The notes: generated by a model not told the origin, from the letters alone. 64,000 nucleotides of DNA from Polyangiales bacterium (GCA_044229975.1 JBGARZ010000003.1:256001-320000); one strand, 5' to 3'. Counted from the first letter of the stretch, positions 40,288 to 51,171 are shown. Program-made: numbers and translations.

Positions 40288-42840
40288 TCACCGCACGTTG
40301 ACCCTGGCGACGACGACCCGGTTGTCGCGGTCGTGATCGCCGCCCTCCAACCGCATCCGATCGCCGCCGTCGAAGAGACCCATGAAGACCGTGTACGCGC
40401 CGGGGCGGTACGTCAGGGGGACGTTGATCGTGATCTGGTCGTTGATGTAGTCGCCCGCCTGCCAGTAGCGCGTCGGGTACTTGCCGTTGACGCCCTCGTG
40501 GTCGCCGTTGATGCGCGGCCCCTGCCCGTCGGTGTGCACGAAGAGCTGCCAGTTGCGGGTCGAGTCGGCGATCACGTGGAAGTGGAACGTCACCTTGAAC
40601 GACCCACCGAGCGGGACGTAGCCGCGCCCGTTCATGTCGACGTCGGCGCCGATGTATTCGAAGGCGTTCTCGAAGACCGACGGCTGCCGCGCCGGGCGCT
40701 GCATGGTGGGCCGCGTGGACTGCACCCACGGCTCCAGCGGGTTGCGGTTGGGGCGCCCCTCCAGGTCGTTCATCGCGACGAAGAGGTTGCTGTTGGTCGC
40801 GTCGACGATGGGGATGTTCTGGTGCCGCTCGCGCCGGTACGCCCGGTTGAGCGACGGGAACACATCGCTCCCCAGCACCATGAAGCTGCGGCGACCGCCG
40901 GTGAGCCAGCGCACCGCCTGATCTTCGCTGGTGAGGGTCTCGGGCAGCGCCTGCGTGTAGTACCGCGTAGCCGGGTCGTCGCTCGGGCCACCGAAGCGCG
41001 CGACCGGCTCCTCGGCGTGGCGCAGCGAGCGGATGACCGCCCAGACGCCGCGCGGGGACATGTGCTCGGACAGCGCGGGGATGAAGCCCTGCGTGTAGAT
41101 GAGCGCCACCGCGAGGGCGGCCACGGGCACCCACGCGACGCGCGACCCGACTACCCTGTTGATGGGGTTTTCGTCGCGGCCGAGCCAGGCGAAGAGGTTC
41201 CAGATGAGGATGAAGCCGAGGACCGCGGCGATCGCACCGACGGGCGCGAGCGCGAGCGCCGTCATGCCGTCGCGCAGCGGCGTCGTGATGCCAGTCACCC
41301 CACGAACGCTCAAGCCGATCACGATGCAGGCGCCGGCCGCGAAGGCCAGGATCATCCGCAGGTGCGAGAGCAGGAAGGTGCCGATGGCCGCGCGCCCCAT
41401 CTCGGCGGACTCCGCCTTCATGGTGTTGCGGGCGTCCTCCTCGACGTCGAGCATCCAGTCGTAGGGGCGACGCACGGCGAAGGGCTCGACGCGCCCGGTG
41501 CCCTGGAAGAGCACCAGCACCGAGAGCCCGAGGAAGAGGGCCGTCTCGATGAGGTGGAAGCCCTCGGCGGGCATCGGCGGCGTCTCACCCCCGGCGGCCC
41601 GCGCCGCGCGGACGTTGGACAGCCACGCGCTGAACTTCATCGCGAAGCCCTCCGGGAAGGTGGGCCCACCGTCGGGCAACCCCAGGGCCGCGTAGGCCGC
41701 CTTCGGAAACTGGAGGAAGTCGCGGAGCATGAGCAGCGTGAGGAGCGCACCCGCGATGGCGACGGTGCGCCACGGCGACCGCTCGCGCTCGGCGTCGCGG
41801 AGCAGCACCGCGAGCCCGAGGGCGATGGGCGCGACCACCACGAAGGCGCTCATGCCGAAGAGTTGCATGTGGAAGGTCTGGAGCGCGAAGCCCAGCGCGA
41901 TGGCGAGGAAGGCCGTGAGCCGCATGCCGGCCTCGCGCCACGCGTCGGCCTCGCGCGCCTCGTCCTCGGGCAGCGTCGGGTCGACCTCACCCGCGGCCAC
42001 CGGCGACGGCGGGCTCACGAGGCGCAGCAGTCCGAACGGAACCAGCCCCGTCCACGGGAAGGAGCCGTGCGCGATCTGCTCGAAGTACGCCTCGAAGGTC
42101 TGCCACTGCGTGGGAGACGGCGACTGCGGCGAGGCACCCACCCAGAACGAATACCCGGACGGCGGCTTGGACGCGACGCTGAGGCACACGATGGCGAGCG
42201 CTGCCGCGGCAAGGAACGAGACCGCGCTGGTGAGCCGTGTGAGCCGCGACTCGGCGCCGAAGCGCAGGAGCCCCGCGAGGCCCACGGCACCGACCACCGG
42301 CACCACGCCGAGCATCACCCCGGAGGCGCGCGAGCCCAGCAGCAGACCCAGCGCGGCGATGACGGCGCCGCCGATCTGCCAGCGCTGCGTGCGGCCCCAC
42401 AGGAGCAGCACGAAGCCCGCGAGCGCCAGCGTCGACGCGCTCTGCGCCACGCCGCCACCGAACATCTGCCGCGCGTTCATGAAGACGAGCGGAATGGTCG
42501 CGTAGGTGATGCCGACGTACGCGGCGAGGCGACGGTCGCCCGCTCCGCGCGCCGCGGCCATGAGGGCGCACACCGACGCAAACGCGAGGAGCGCCGTGGG
42601 CAGTCGACCACCGACCTCGGACACGCCGAAGCGGAAGCCCAGCGCGACCGCCGCGACCTGCCCGGGCGGGCGGTCGAAGTTGACCGTGCGACCGGCGAGG
42701 AGGTCACGCGCCATGTCGGCGACGTGGATCTCCGCGGGCTGCCAGATGCCGAAGCGCTGGAGGCCGAAGAGGAGGACGAGCACCGCGGCGGTGATCGAGA
42801 CGAGGTAGGTGACCCAGCGATCGCTGGCGGTGTTCTTCAT
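40288..42840 (-). CDS. GT-C (ArnT/PMT-like) membrane glycosyltransferase with periplasmic C-terminal domain
   Basis: WQPAE..VADMAR, DRPP..GVSE..GRLP, FPW; many TMs; C-terminal LFVH..NGDH..YPT..W.AGD. Confidence 0.75.
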   Translation of the reverse strand: MKNTASDRWVTYLVSITAAVLVLLFGLQRFGIWQPAEIHVADMARDLLAGRTVNFDRPPGQVAAVALGFRFGVSEVGGRLPTALLAFASVCALMAAARGAGDRRLAAYVGITYATIPLVFMNARQMFGGGVAQSASTLALAGFVLLLWGRTQRWQIGGAVIAALGLLLGSRASGVMLGVVPVVGAVGLAGLLRFGAESRLTRLTSAVSFLAAAALAIVCLSVASKPPSGYSFWVGASPQSPSPTQWQTFEAYFEQIAHGSFPWTGLVPFGLLRLVSPPSPVAAGEVDPTLPEDEAREADAWREAGMRLTAFLAIALGFALQTFHMQLFGMSAFVVVAPIALGLAVLLRDAERERSPWRTVAIAGALLTLLMLRDFLQFPKAAYAALGLPDGGPTFPEGFAMKFSAWLSNVRAARAAGGETPPMPAEGFHLIETALFLGLSVLVLFQGTGRVEPFAVRRPYDWMLDVEEDARNTMKAESAEMGRAAIGTFLLSHLRMILAFAAGACIVIGLSVRGVTGITTPLRDGMTALALAPVGAIAAVLGFILIWNLFAWLGRDENPINRVVGSRVAWVPVAALAVALIYTQGFIPALSEHMSPRGVWAVIRSLRHAEEPVARFGGPSDDPATRYYTQALPETLTSEDQAVRWLTGGRRSFMVLGSDVFPSLNRAYRRERHQNIPIVDATNSNLFVAMNDLEGRPNRNPLEPWVQSTRPTMQRPARQPSVFENAFEYIGADVDMNGRGYVPLGGSFKVTFHFHVIADSTRNWQLFVHTDGQGPRINGDHEGVNGKYPTRYWQAGDYINDQITINVPLTYRPGAYTVFMGLFDGGDRMRLEGGDHDRDNRVVVARVNVR

Positions 42841-42950
42841 GGGGCCTCTAAGGGTCGAAAGCGCGCGGAGACTAGATCACCCCCGACGGCGAACACAACC
42901 GCCGCAGTGGCGCCGCGCAGCGCACCGCGGTGGTAGCGTCACGCGCCCTC

Positions 42951-45194
42951 ATGGCAGGCACCAACCGCACGCGCGCGATCTTCTCGCTCCTCGTCCTGAT
43001 GCTGCTGTCGGTGGCGCGCTCGGCCTTCGGACAACCGGTCGCCATCCCGCGCGGCCACGAGGAGGAGATCGCCGTCATGCTCGGGCGCGGCGAGTCCCTC
43101 GCCGGTGGATGCCGATGGGCGGGCGCCGAGATCGGCCCCTCCGCGGTGCGCGCGCGATACACCTGCGGGTCGGGACCAGCCGTCGCCCTGCGCCTGTCGC
43201 TCCCGGGCACCGGGCCCGCTGGAGCAGTGGCCGCGGGCCGCTTCGACGTCTCGGTCGACGACCCGGCCCACACCGCTCTCCGCGACGCGGTGGCCGCGCG
43301 CGTTCGCGGTGGCGGCTCTCAGCCGATGGTGGTTCGGGTGTCCACGCGCGCCTCCACCCATCACATCGGTCCCTTCGAGCTCGGTCGCGCCCACGTCGGC
43401 GACGACCTCGTGCGCCCGCTCTGGCTCGACCTCCCGCTCGCGCTGCTCGTCGTCCTGCTCCTTGCGCGCGCGCTGCGACCGGCAGGCACTCGGAGCGACA
43501 TCCTGTGTACGGCCCTCGCCGTCGGCGCGCTGCTCGCCATCGCGCACTACCTCGGTCGAGGCGTGCCCGCACACACCGACGTGCTGCGCGACCTCCTCTA
43601 TGCGCGCGACTGCGTCGAGAGGAGCCGCTGCCACGCGCTCGGTCCCGAATCGAGCGTCAACTTCGTTCGCCACGGCACCACCTGGCTGCGCCTGCCCGAG
43701 TGGGTCCTCCGCCTCGGCGGAACCGAACGCGCCCTCCGCATCGTGGTCGAGCTCTGCCACGCCCTCGCCCTCGTCATCATCGTGCTGGGCGCCCGGCGCC
43801 ACGGCGCCTACCGCACGGCACCCATCGCGGCGCTCGCGGCTGGCGTCGCGTCCCTGTGGGTCACCTCCCACCCGCTCCTGTGGCACCCATCCATCCTGCC
43901 CCTCTGCGCCGCGCTCTACGCGATGCTGCTCCTCGACGCGATCCACGCCCCGTCGCCCCTCGCATGGATCGTGTCCGGTGCGGCGCTGGGTCTGCTGCTC
44001 GACGCCCACCCGTCCTCCATCGCGCTCGTGCCGGGCTTCGCGTTCGTCGCCTGGGCCCGCGCGCCTCGCCCCGGGCTGAGCGCGCCCCTTGGACTGCTCG
44101 CGATGCTCGGTGCGCTCGCGGTGCCTTCACCGCTGCTGCTCATGGCGCGCATCGCGGCCGCCGCAGGCGATCGTCGCGCCACGCTGCTCGTCCTCGGCAT
44201 CATCGCGGTGATGGTCGCGGGCTATGCCGTGCGCCGACGCGCGGGCTCGCTCGACGTCCGCGTCGCGACCCTCCTCGGTGCGTTGATGCACATCGCGACC
44301 CTCGCCCTGCTGGCGATCGTTTCGAAGCGCACGGAGGTCCGCTACCTCACGACGGCGATCCCCTTTGCCGCCTACCTGCTGGCCTTGTGGGTCCCGCCGA
44401 TCCCCGCCGCGCTCGCGGGCCTGGTGGCCGCGGTGCTGGGCGTGTCCATGGGCCGCAGGCTCTACACCGCGGGAGGCGCCGTGTGGTCCATCGACGAGGC
44501 GCGCGCCGTGTCGGTCTCGGCGCCCCTGCGCGGCCGCTCCTGGGTCGACCTCGCGGGGCGCCTCCAGTACGTCGAAGGCGACGGCATCCGCGCGGCGCTC
44601 GGCCTCTTCGCGCCGCAAGTGCGCCCCGGCGACGCCCTCGGTCCCGACGTCATCCTCGTCCTGCGCCTCCGCCGCATCGAACTACCCCGACATCCACCCC
44701 CCACGTGGACCCTCGTGCCGCTCCTGTTTGGCGACGTCGCGGTGGTGCGCGCGCTTCGCTCGTACATTCCCCTCGGCGTCACTCGCGCTTGCGTCGAAGA
44801 GACCTGCCAGGACGTCGACCTCGGGGCATCGCCGTCCGTCGGCCCGGCGATGCACTTCGGACCGCGCGCCTACTTCGCCTCGCCCGCGCTCGAAGCGCTC
44901 ACCCGCCGGGCCCACGAGGGTCACCGCGTGCGGTTGTCCTTCGCCATCTCGGTCCCCGCGGGGGGCCGCGATCACCGCGTGTCCGTCGGCCGACGGGAGG
45001 TCTGGCGCATCGACGGCCTCACCGGCGACGTCGTCGGAACGCCGCAACCCGACGGCTCCATGATCATCGATGGCTCCCGCGCGGGCACCGGAACCCTCCT
45101 GGTCTCGACGACCGTCCGTGGCAGCGCCACGCCCCCACTCATCGAGACCGCGACCGACGAGACCGAGCTCACCGCGCTCATCCGCGGACGCTGA
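42951..45194 (+). CDS. polytopic membrane protein, possibly GT-C-like
   Basis: Signal peptide, TD..RDLL.ARDC..GP.SS..HG loop, about 10 TMs. Confidence 0.6.
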   Translation: MAGTNRTRAIFSLLVLMLLSVARSAFGQPVAIPRGHEEEIAVMLGRGESLAGGCRWAGAEIGPSAVRARYTCGSGPAVALRLSLPGTGPAGAVAAGRFDVSVDDPAHTALRDAVAARVRGGGSQPMVVRVSTRASTHHIGPFELGRAHVGDDLVRPLWLDLPLALLVVLLLARALRPAGTRSDILCTALAVGALLAIAHYLGRGVPAHTDVLRDLLYARDCVERSRCHALGPESSVNFVRHGTTWLRLPEWVLRLGGTERALRIVVELCHALALVIIVLGARRHGAYRTAPIAALAAGVASLWVTSHPLLWHPSILPLCAALYAMLLLDAIHAPSPLAWIVSGAALGLLLDAHPSSIALVPGFAFVAWARAPRPGLSAPLGLLAMLGALAVPSPLLLMARIAAAAGDRRATLLVLGIIAVMVAGYAVRRRAGSLDVRVATLLGALMHIATLALLAIVSKRTEVRYLTTAIPFAAYLLALWVPPIPAALAGLVAAVLGVSMGRRLYTAGGAVWSIDEARAVSVSAPLRGRSWVDLAGRLQYVEGDGIRAALGLFAPQVRPGDALGPDVILVLRLRRIELPRHPPPTWTLVPLLFGDVAVVRALRSYIPLGVTRACVEETCQDVDLGASPSVGPAMHFGPRAYFASPALEALTRRAHEGHRVRLSFAISVPAGGRDHRVSVGRREVWRIDGLTGDVVGTPQPDGSMIIDGSRAGTGTLLVSTTVRGSATPPLIETATDETELTALIRGR

Positions 45195-45200
45195 CCCCGA

Positions 45201-46574
45201 TCAGCACTCGATGATGTTCACCGCGAGACCGCCGCGCGCGGTCTCCTTGTACTTGGTGCTCATGTCGGCGCCCGTCTGGCGCATCGTCGCGATGACCTTG
45301 TCGAGCGACACCTTGTGCTTGCCGTCGCCCGCCATCGCGAGCCGCGCGGCGTTGATCGCCTTCACGCTGCCCATCGCGTTGCGCTCGATGCATGGCACCT
45401 GAACCAGGCCCCCGATGGGGTCGCAGGTGAGCCCGAGGTTGTGCTCCATCCCGATCTCCGCGGCGTTTTCCACCTGCTCGGGGGTGCCGCCCATCACCTC
45501 CGCGAGCGCGCCCGCCGCCATGGAGCAGGCGACCCCGACCTCCCCCTGGCAGCCGACCTCGGCCCCCGAGATGGACGCGTTCTTCTTGTAGAGAATCCCG
45601 ATGGCCCCCGCGGTGAGCAGAAACCTCACCACGCCGTCGTCGTCCGCGTTGGGAATGAACCGCCGATAGTAGTGCAGCACCGCCGGGATGATCCCCGCCG
45701 CCCCGTTGGTGGGCGCCGTCACCACGCGACCCCCGCCCGCGTTCTCCTCGTTGACCGCGAGCGCGAAGAGGTTGACCCAGTCCATCGCGATGAGCGGATC
45801 ACTGGCGCCACCCGCAGCGCAACGCAGCCGCCGGTACAGCGCAGGCGCGCGTCGCCGCACCTTCAACCCGCCAGGGAGAATCCCCTCGTGGTCGCACCCT
45901 CGCTGCACGCAGCCCGCCATCACCGCCCAGATCTCCAACAGCCTGCTGCGAACCTCCTCGGCAGGTCGCCACGCGCACTCGTTCTGGAACATCACCGTGC
46001 TCACGGACAATCCCCGGGCGTGGCAGATCTCCAGCAGCGCCTGCCCCGTCTCGAAGGGGTGCGGCATCGCGGCGCGATCGGCCGCGAGGCCCTCGGCGAC
46101 ACCGTCCTGGTTCACCACGAAGCCGCCGCCCACCGAGTAGAACACCCGCGACGCGAGGGTCGCTCCATCCGCCCCAACCGCGGTGAAGCGCATCCCGTTG
46201 GAGTGCAGCGGCAGCGTCTCGCGCCGATGAAACACCAGGTCTCGCTCGGGCTTGAACGCCACCTCATGGCGCCCCAGCAGGCTCAGCCGCCCCGCAGCGC
46301 GCACGGCCTCGACCCTCGCCCCCACGGCCTCCGGATCGACCGCCTCGGGTCTCTCTCCGAGCAGCCCCACGACGACGGCCACGTCGCTGCCGTGCCCCTT
46401 CCCCGTGTGCCCCAGCGAGCCGAAGAGCTCGACCTTCAGACCCGCCACGCGCTCGATCAGCGCGGCGGCGTGGAGCCCTTCGGCGAAGCGCAGCGCGGCT
46501 CGCATCGGTCCGACCGTGTGTGAGCTCGACGGACCGATCCCGATGCTGAACATGTCGAACACGCTGATGGTCAC
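45201..46574 (-). CDS. sdaA: L-serine ammonia-lyase (Fe-S)
   Basis: [52 protein letters not shown]. Confidence 0.96.
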   Translation of the reverse strand: MTISVFDMFSIGIGPSSSHTVGPMRAALRFAEGLHAAALIERVAGLKVELFGSLGHTGKGHGSDVAVVVGLLGERPEAVDPEAVGARVEAVRAAGRLSLLGRHEVAFKPERDLVFHRRETLPLHSNGMRFTAVGADGATLASRVFYSVGGGFVVNQDGVAEGLAADRAAMPHPFETGQALLEICHARGLSVSTVMFQNECAWRPAEEVRSRLLEIWAVMAGCVQRGCDHEGILPGGLKVRRRAPALYRRLRCAAGGASDPLIAMDWVNLFALAVNEENAGGGRVVTAPTNGAAGIIPAVLHYYRRFIPNADDDGVVRFLLTAGAIGILYKKNASISGAEVGCQGEVGVACSMAAGALAEVMGGTPEQVENAAEIGMEHNLGLTCDPIGGLVQVPCIERNAMGSVKAINAARLAMAGDGKHKVSLDKVIATMRQTGADMSTKYKETARGGLAVNIIEC

Positions 46575-46625
46575 CGGCCGAGCATAGCCCCCTGCGACGG
46601 CGCTCGTCGGTATATGGTCGGGCCC

Positions 46626-47078
46626 ATGGCTGGAGATCTGGTTCGATTCGGGGTCGCGATGGATGGTGACCTCCTGCAACGCTTCGACGAGCACATCGGG
46701 GCCAAGGGCTACGCCAACCGCTCCGAGGCGCTGCGCGACCTCGTGCGCGCCGACCTGGTCAACGCCCACCTCAAGCGCGACGGGCTCGCGGTCGCCACGC
46801 TGACCCTGGTCTATGACCATCACGTCCGCGAGCTCTCCGAGAAGCTCACCGACATGCAGCACGACCTCGGCGAGCACGTCGTCTCGACCCTGCACGTCCA
46901 CCTCGATCACGACCACTGCCTGGAGGTCATCGTGCTGCGCGGCCCGGCGGCCCTCATCCAGTCGGCGGCCAACCGCCTGCTCGCCACCAAGGGGGTCGAG
47001 CACGGGCAGCTCGTCGCGACGGCCCTCCCCGAGCACACGCACCAGCACGCCGACGACCAGCACCACGGCACGCGCTGA
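46626..47078 (+). CDS. nikR: nickel-responsive regulator
   Basis: [33 protein letters not shown]. Confidence 0.95.
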   Translation: MAGDLVRFGVAMDGDLLQRFDEHIGAKGYANRSEALRDLVRADLVNAHLKRDGLAVATLTLVYDHHVRELSEKLTDMQHDLGEHVVSTLHVHLDHDHCLEVIVLRGPAALIQSAANRLLATKGVEHGQLVATALPEHTHQHADDQHHGTR

Positions 47079-47208
47079 CGCGTCGACCCTCGGCGCCGAC
47101 ACACAGTGGCACGGCCCCGACGTGTCGGCCGTCGCGCGTCTCGGTCACGCATCGCCCATCGCCACGAGGACGGTGCATGGCACACGCCTTGAGAGCACCA
47201 TCGGGTTC

Positions 47209-50058
47209 ATGAGCTCCTTGCGATCGCCCCACCTCGCGTCCCTGACCGCTTCCGCGCTGTCGGGTCTGCTGTTCGTCGGCTGCGGCGATCCGATGCCTGC
47301 GGCGCCTCCCTCCGATGCGGGCCTCGGAGACGTCCCCGTCGATCGGCCGGTGGAGGTCGACTTCGCCGATCACACCGTCCCTCGCCTCGCTTCGGCGGCG
47401 GAGTTCCAGGCGATCGCGGCCGAGGAGTTTGGCCTGTCGACGGTGAAGTTCATCATCACGGCCTTCAACGACCCCACGGCTCGCAACGGCCGCTTCTACG
47501 ACAGCACGTTCTTCACCCTGCACGACCAGTGGTACTGGTTTCGCCTGCTCAACGGGGCGCGCATCCCCGGCGACTTCGTCGAGCCCGTGCAGGGCCTTCG
47601 CTTCGACACCATCGCGGACATCAACCGCTGGGCCGCGACGCAGCCGGTGCTCCCGCTCGACCTCGCGTTCTACGGCGACCGCCTCTACTCCCCGCGCTTC
47701 TACGACTACGCCTTCGGGGCCACCCGCCGCTTCGGCCTCGCGACCGTCGTCCGCGTCCCGCCCCGCGCGTCCAACCCCGAGCGCTGGGCCTTCGAGCTGG
47801 AGTACAGCGACTCGGTCTCGCACGCCGAGCTGACCATCTTCTTCGACGCGCTGCGTGCCCGCCTCCCCGCCGCCATCGCGAGCGAGCTGCGCTTCCTCAT
47901 CCGCTCGCCCGAGCAGGAGTCCCTGGGTCAGCGCATGGAGGCCGACCACCTCGCCAACTGGGACCGCCTGCTGCGCTACGGCGACATCGTCGTTCCGGGC
48001 GCGCGCGAGGTGTACAGCGAGGGCATCGCCGCGGGCCGACTCCGAACCATCCGCCGCGGAGAGTCCTTCGACACCGTCAACAACAACGACGTGGTGGTGA
48101 TGGAGGCGATCCCTGACGTGCTCCCCGACCTCGCCGCGCTCGTCACGGCGGTGCCGCAGACGCCGCTCGCGCACATCAACCTGCTGGCCCGCAACCGCGC
48201 CATCCCCAACGTCCACGTCGCGGGCATCCTCGAAGACCCGACCATCAACTCACTGGAGCACGGCTACGCGCCGGTGCTGGTCTTCGCCGAGGCGCCCGAC
48301 CGCGTGGTGCTGTCACCCATCACCGAGGCGCAGTACGGGCGTTACCGCGCCCTCGTCGACCTCCCGGCGCGCGTGGTCACGACGCCGCCGGTCGAGACGA
48401 TGCCGTACCTCATCGACCTCACCGCGCGCGACCCCGCCGAGATCGCGACGCTCGCCTCGACCATCGGCGGCAAGTCGTCGGGGATGATCGCCCTCCTGCA
48501 CGCGCCCGACCTCGACCTGCCCGACGCGCCGCACAGCATCACGGTGCGCGCCTACGTCGAGCACTTCGCGCCGATGCGCGCACGCGTCACCGCCGCCCTC
48601 GCCGACGAGGCCCTCGGCAGCGACGCACGCGCCCGACGACTGGTGCTGGAGGGCATGGCCGCCTTCCGTGCGCGCACCGCGGCGGCGGCCGACCTCGCCT
48701 ACGCCAACGCCTTCGTCGCGGCCCGTCCCGCAGGCAACGCGGCGGGCGACTTCGCGCGCGGCAATGGCGTCCGCGGCCTGGTGGAGTCGACGCCCATCGC
48801 CCCTGCAACCCTCGCGGAGATCGACCGCGTGCTCCGCGCGGCCTACGCGACGCTGGCTCCGACGCAGGGCATCCGCTTCCGCTCGTCGTCCAACGTGGAG
48901 GACATCGAGGGCTTCAACGGCGCGGGCCTGTACGAGTCGTACACGGGCTTCCTCGACCCGGTCTTGCAGCCGCGCGCGTCCGACCGCGACAAGACCATCC
49001 AGCGCGCCATCCAGCGCGTGTGGGGATCATACTGGGGCGTCGAGGCCTTCGAAGAGCGCCGCGCCGGCCGCATCGATCACCTCTCAGCCGCGATGGCGGT
49101 CATGGTGCACCCGCGCTTCGACGACGAGCTCGAGCGCGCGACCGGCGTGTGCACCTTCACGCAGCTCCCGCCCAACACCGCGGACGCCGAGGAGCTGGAG
49201 ATCAACACCCAGCCCGGCGCCGAGAGCGTGGCCAACCCCAACCCGGCCCTGCTGCCCGAAGTCGTGCGCGTCTCTCGCACCCGCGGCTCCGACACGCTGC
49301 GCATCACACGCGTTCGCCGCGCGACGCTCTCGCCCGACCGCGACCTCTTCACCGACGACGTCCTTCGCGCGCTCTTCGCAGACACCGCCGCCGTCACGCA
49401 CCGCTGGCTCGAACGCGAGAACACCCCACGCCCCGCCGCCCGGCGCTCGCGCACGCTCACGCTCGACTTCGAGTTTCACGACATGCTGGGCGGCTGGCCC
49501 GCCGTCCGCACGGGACCCGTTCGCCCTGCGCGACTCGTGCTCAAGCAGGCGCGCACCCTCGAACCCGCGCCTCGCGTGACGTCGACCGAGTCGCAGGCGT
49601 GGCCGGTACCGCGCGACATCCTGTCCCGCGCTCGCCGCGTCACGACCCAGACCTGCACCGGCGATGTCACCGCGGGCGTGACCCTCACGGCGACCCTGCT
49701 GCGCGTGCAGACCGACGCCTCGCTCACCCCCGACGTCGGCTTCGCCGCCAACCCCTTCGACGCCTCCCTCACCCTCACCGCCCGCGGCGTCGTCGCGGCC
49801 CTCGGCTGGTCTGCCGACGCCACCTATGCGGCCGACCACACGGCGTTCACCACCACCCGCGACGGAACCTCCCGCGTCTTCGACGTCGCCACCGCATCGC
49901 CCGCGCGGACGGGCCTCGACCGCGCCCGTCTCGACGCCGACGGCACGCTCACCGTCACCCGCGGCGCGCGCACCGTCACAGCCCGCCTGACGTGCACCGA
50001 CGAGCTCCTCTTCGCGACGCCGCGCGACTTCCTGCTCGGCCTCGTGCCGCCGCGGTAG
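47209..50058 (+). CDS. lipoprotein with phospho-His swivel and PEP-synthase/PPDK ATP-grasp domains
   Basis: LFVGC lipobox; TPLAHINLLARNRAIP; GGKS; RSSSNVED..FNGAGLYES; VWGS; DFEF; KQAR. Confidence 0.8.
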   Translation: MSSLRSPHLASLTASALSGLLFVGCGDPMPAAPPSDAGLGDVPVDRPVEVDFADHTVPRLASAAEFQAIAAEEFGLSTVKFIITAFNDPTARNGRFYDSTFFTLHDQWYWFRLLNGARIPGDFVEPVQGLRFDTIADINRWAATQPVLPLDLAFYGDRLYSPRFYDYAFGATRRFGLATVVRVPPRASNPERWAFELEYSDSVSHAELTIFFDALRARLPAAIASELRFLIRSPEQESLGQRMEADHLANWDRLLRYGDIVVPGAREVYSEGIAAGRLRTIRRGESFDTVNNNDVVVMEAIPDVLPDLAALVTAVPQTPLAHINLLARNRAIPNVHVAGILEDPTINSLEHGYAPVLVFAEAPDRVVLSPITEAQYGRYRALVDLPARVVTTPPVETMPYLIDLTARDPAEIATLASTIGGKSSGMIALLHAPDLDLPDAPHSITVRAYVEHFAPMRARVTAALADEALGSDARARRLVLEGMAAFRARTAAAADLAYANAFVAARPAGNAAGDFARGNGVRGLVESTPIAPATLAEIDRVLRAAYATLAPTQGIRFRSSSNVEDIEGFNGAGLYESYTGFLDPVLQPRASDRDKTIQRAIQRVWGSYWGVEAFEERRAGRIDHLSAAMAVMVHPRFDDELERATGVCTFTQLPPNTADAEELEINTQPGAESVANPNPALLPEVVRVSRTRGSDTLRITRVRRATLSPDRDLFTDDVLRALFADTAAVTHRWLERENTPRPAARRSRTLTLDFEFHDMLGGWPAVRTGPVRPARLVLKQARTLEPAPRVTSTESQAWPVPRDILSRARRVTTQTCTGDVTAGVTLTATLLRVQTDASLTPDVGFAANPFDASLTLTARGVVAALGWSADATYAADHTAFTTTRDGTSRVFDVATASPARTGLDRARLDADGTLTVTRGARTVTARLTCTDELLFATPRDFLLGLVPPR

Positions 50059-50067
50059 AGCCCCCGC

Positions 50068-51171
50068 TCAGCCGCCCGAGAGCGCCGCGTCCATGGCCCG
50101 CGCGCAACCCCGCGGCGTGGCCCCCGGCGCGCGTCCCAACACCACGAACCCATCGCCGTCCTCATCGACCCGCCCGAGGTCGCTGGTCTGGATGGCGATG
50201 GCGCTCCCGAGGTTCATCAGGTCGACGACGCGGACGAGCCCGACCCGCCCGCGTGGCACTTCACGCAGCGTCTCCGGGTCGACCATCGTGACCCGCATCC
50301 AGGGCGGAACCCGATAGCTCGCCCTGCCCTCGCGACGCGCTTCGTATCCCTGCGAGCTCAGCTCCGTCATGCCGTACTCACCGAGGATGCCCGCCGGCGG
50401 GAGACCGAAGGTCGCCGCGATCATCCCGCGCAGCACCTCGGGGTCGACCTCACGCGACCGCCCCTTGAAGCCCCCGGTGGGCATCGCGACGCTCCCGTTC
50501 GGGAGCCGCCACTGCTTCGCGCCGACGGCATCGAGCAGATGCACGAAGCCGAAGCTCGTCCCCAGCAACGCGACCGGCACGCCATCACCCATCGAGCGAT
50601 CGAAGGCCGCGGCCACCGCCGCGACATCGAGCGCCGCGTCGCGAACCGTCCATGCGTCGTCGAGACGCGCCGTGCCCCGCCTCGCATCCCAGGTCTCGGC
50701 GAAGCGCGCCAACATGAACGACAGCGACGACGCGGGCGCCCCCGACTCCGACTCCGCGAGCAGCACGAAGCGGTACTCGGCTTCGGGCAACAGCCACCGA
50801 CGAGCCGACGCGATCGCGGCCGCCTCGTAGAGATCAGTGCTCGCGAAGGGATGCCGTCCGCGGACCTCCTGGGTGGTCCCGCTCGTCTCGAACACCCGCA
50901 CCGTCTCACGCTCCGGGAAACAGGCGACCCGAACGGTCTTGAATACGTCGGTCGGTAAAGCCGGAACCTCCGCCAACGCCTCGGGCGCCCTCTCGCCAAG
51001 CGTCCGGGCGGCGATGCGCGCGACGACCGGGTTGTGCGCTCGCTGCCACGCGAAGACCGCGAGCCCGAGCGCCTCGACGGCGTCGTCGGTAATCGCCCCC
51101 ATCGGCGTCGTGGCGAGCGAGCGCAGGCGCTCGTGGAGCGCGGTCCCTTCGCGGTCGAGCCACCCGGTCAC
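50068..51171 (-). CDS. LuxE-like acyl-protein synthetase
   Basis: PALPTDVFK, FETSGTT, TGGFKGR, EYGMTELSSQ, IQTSDLG, LGRA..PRGC. Confidence 0.88.
   Translation of the reverse strand: MTGWLDREGTALHERLRSLATTPMGAITDDAVEALGLAVFAWQRAHNPVVARIAARTLGERAPEALAEVPALPTDVFKTVRVACFPERETVRVFETSGTTQEVRGRHPFASTDLYEAAAIASARRWLLPEAEYRFVLLAESESGAPASSLSFMLARFAETWDARRGTARLDDAWTVRDAALDVAAVAAAFDRSMGDGVPVALLGTSFGFVHLLDAVGAKQWRLPNGSVAMPTGGFKGRSREVDPEVLRGMIAATFGLPPAGILGEYGMTELSSQGYEARREGRASYRVPPWMRVTMVDPETLREVPRGRVGLVRVVDLMNLGSAIAIQTSDLGRVDEDGDGFVVLGRAPGATPRGCARAMDAALSGG

Noticed and set aside
47178..47192. TGGCAC-N5-TTGA possible sigma54 promoter
   Set aside because: The -12 element is GA rather than GC, and the implied leader is only about 5 nt before ATG 47209. 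Too weak to call.
46575..47208. E. coli-type NikR operator GTATGA-N16-TCATAC
   Set aside because: No match seen in either flanking intergenic region.
50068..51171. Bioluminescence locus
   Set aside because: Only a luxE-like gene; no luxAB, luxC or luxD.
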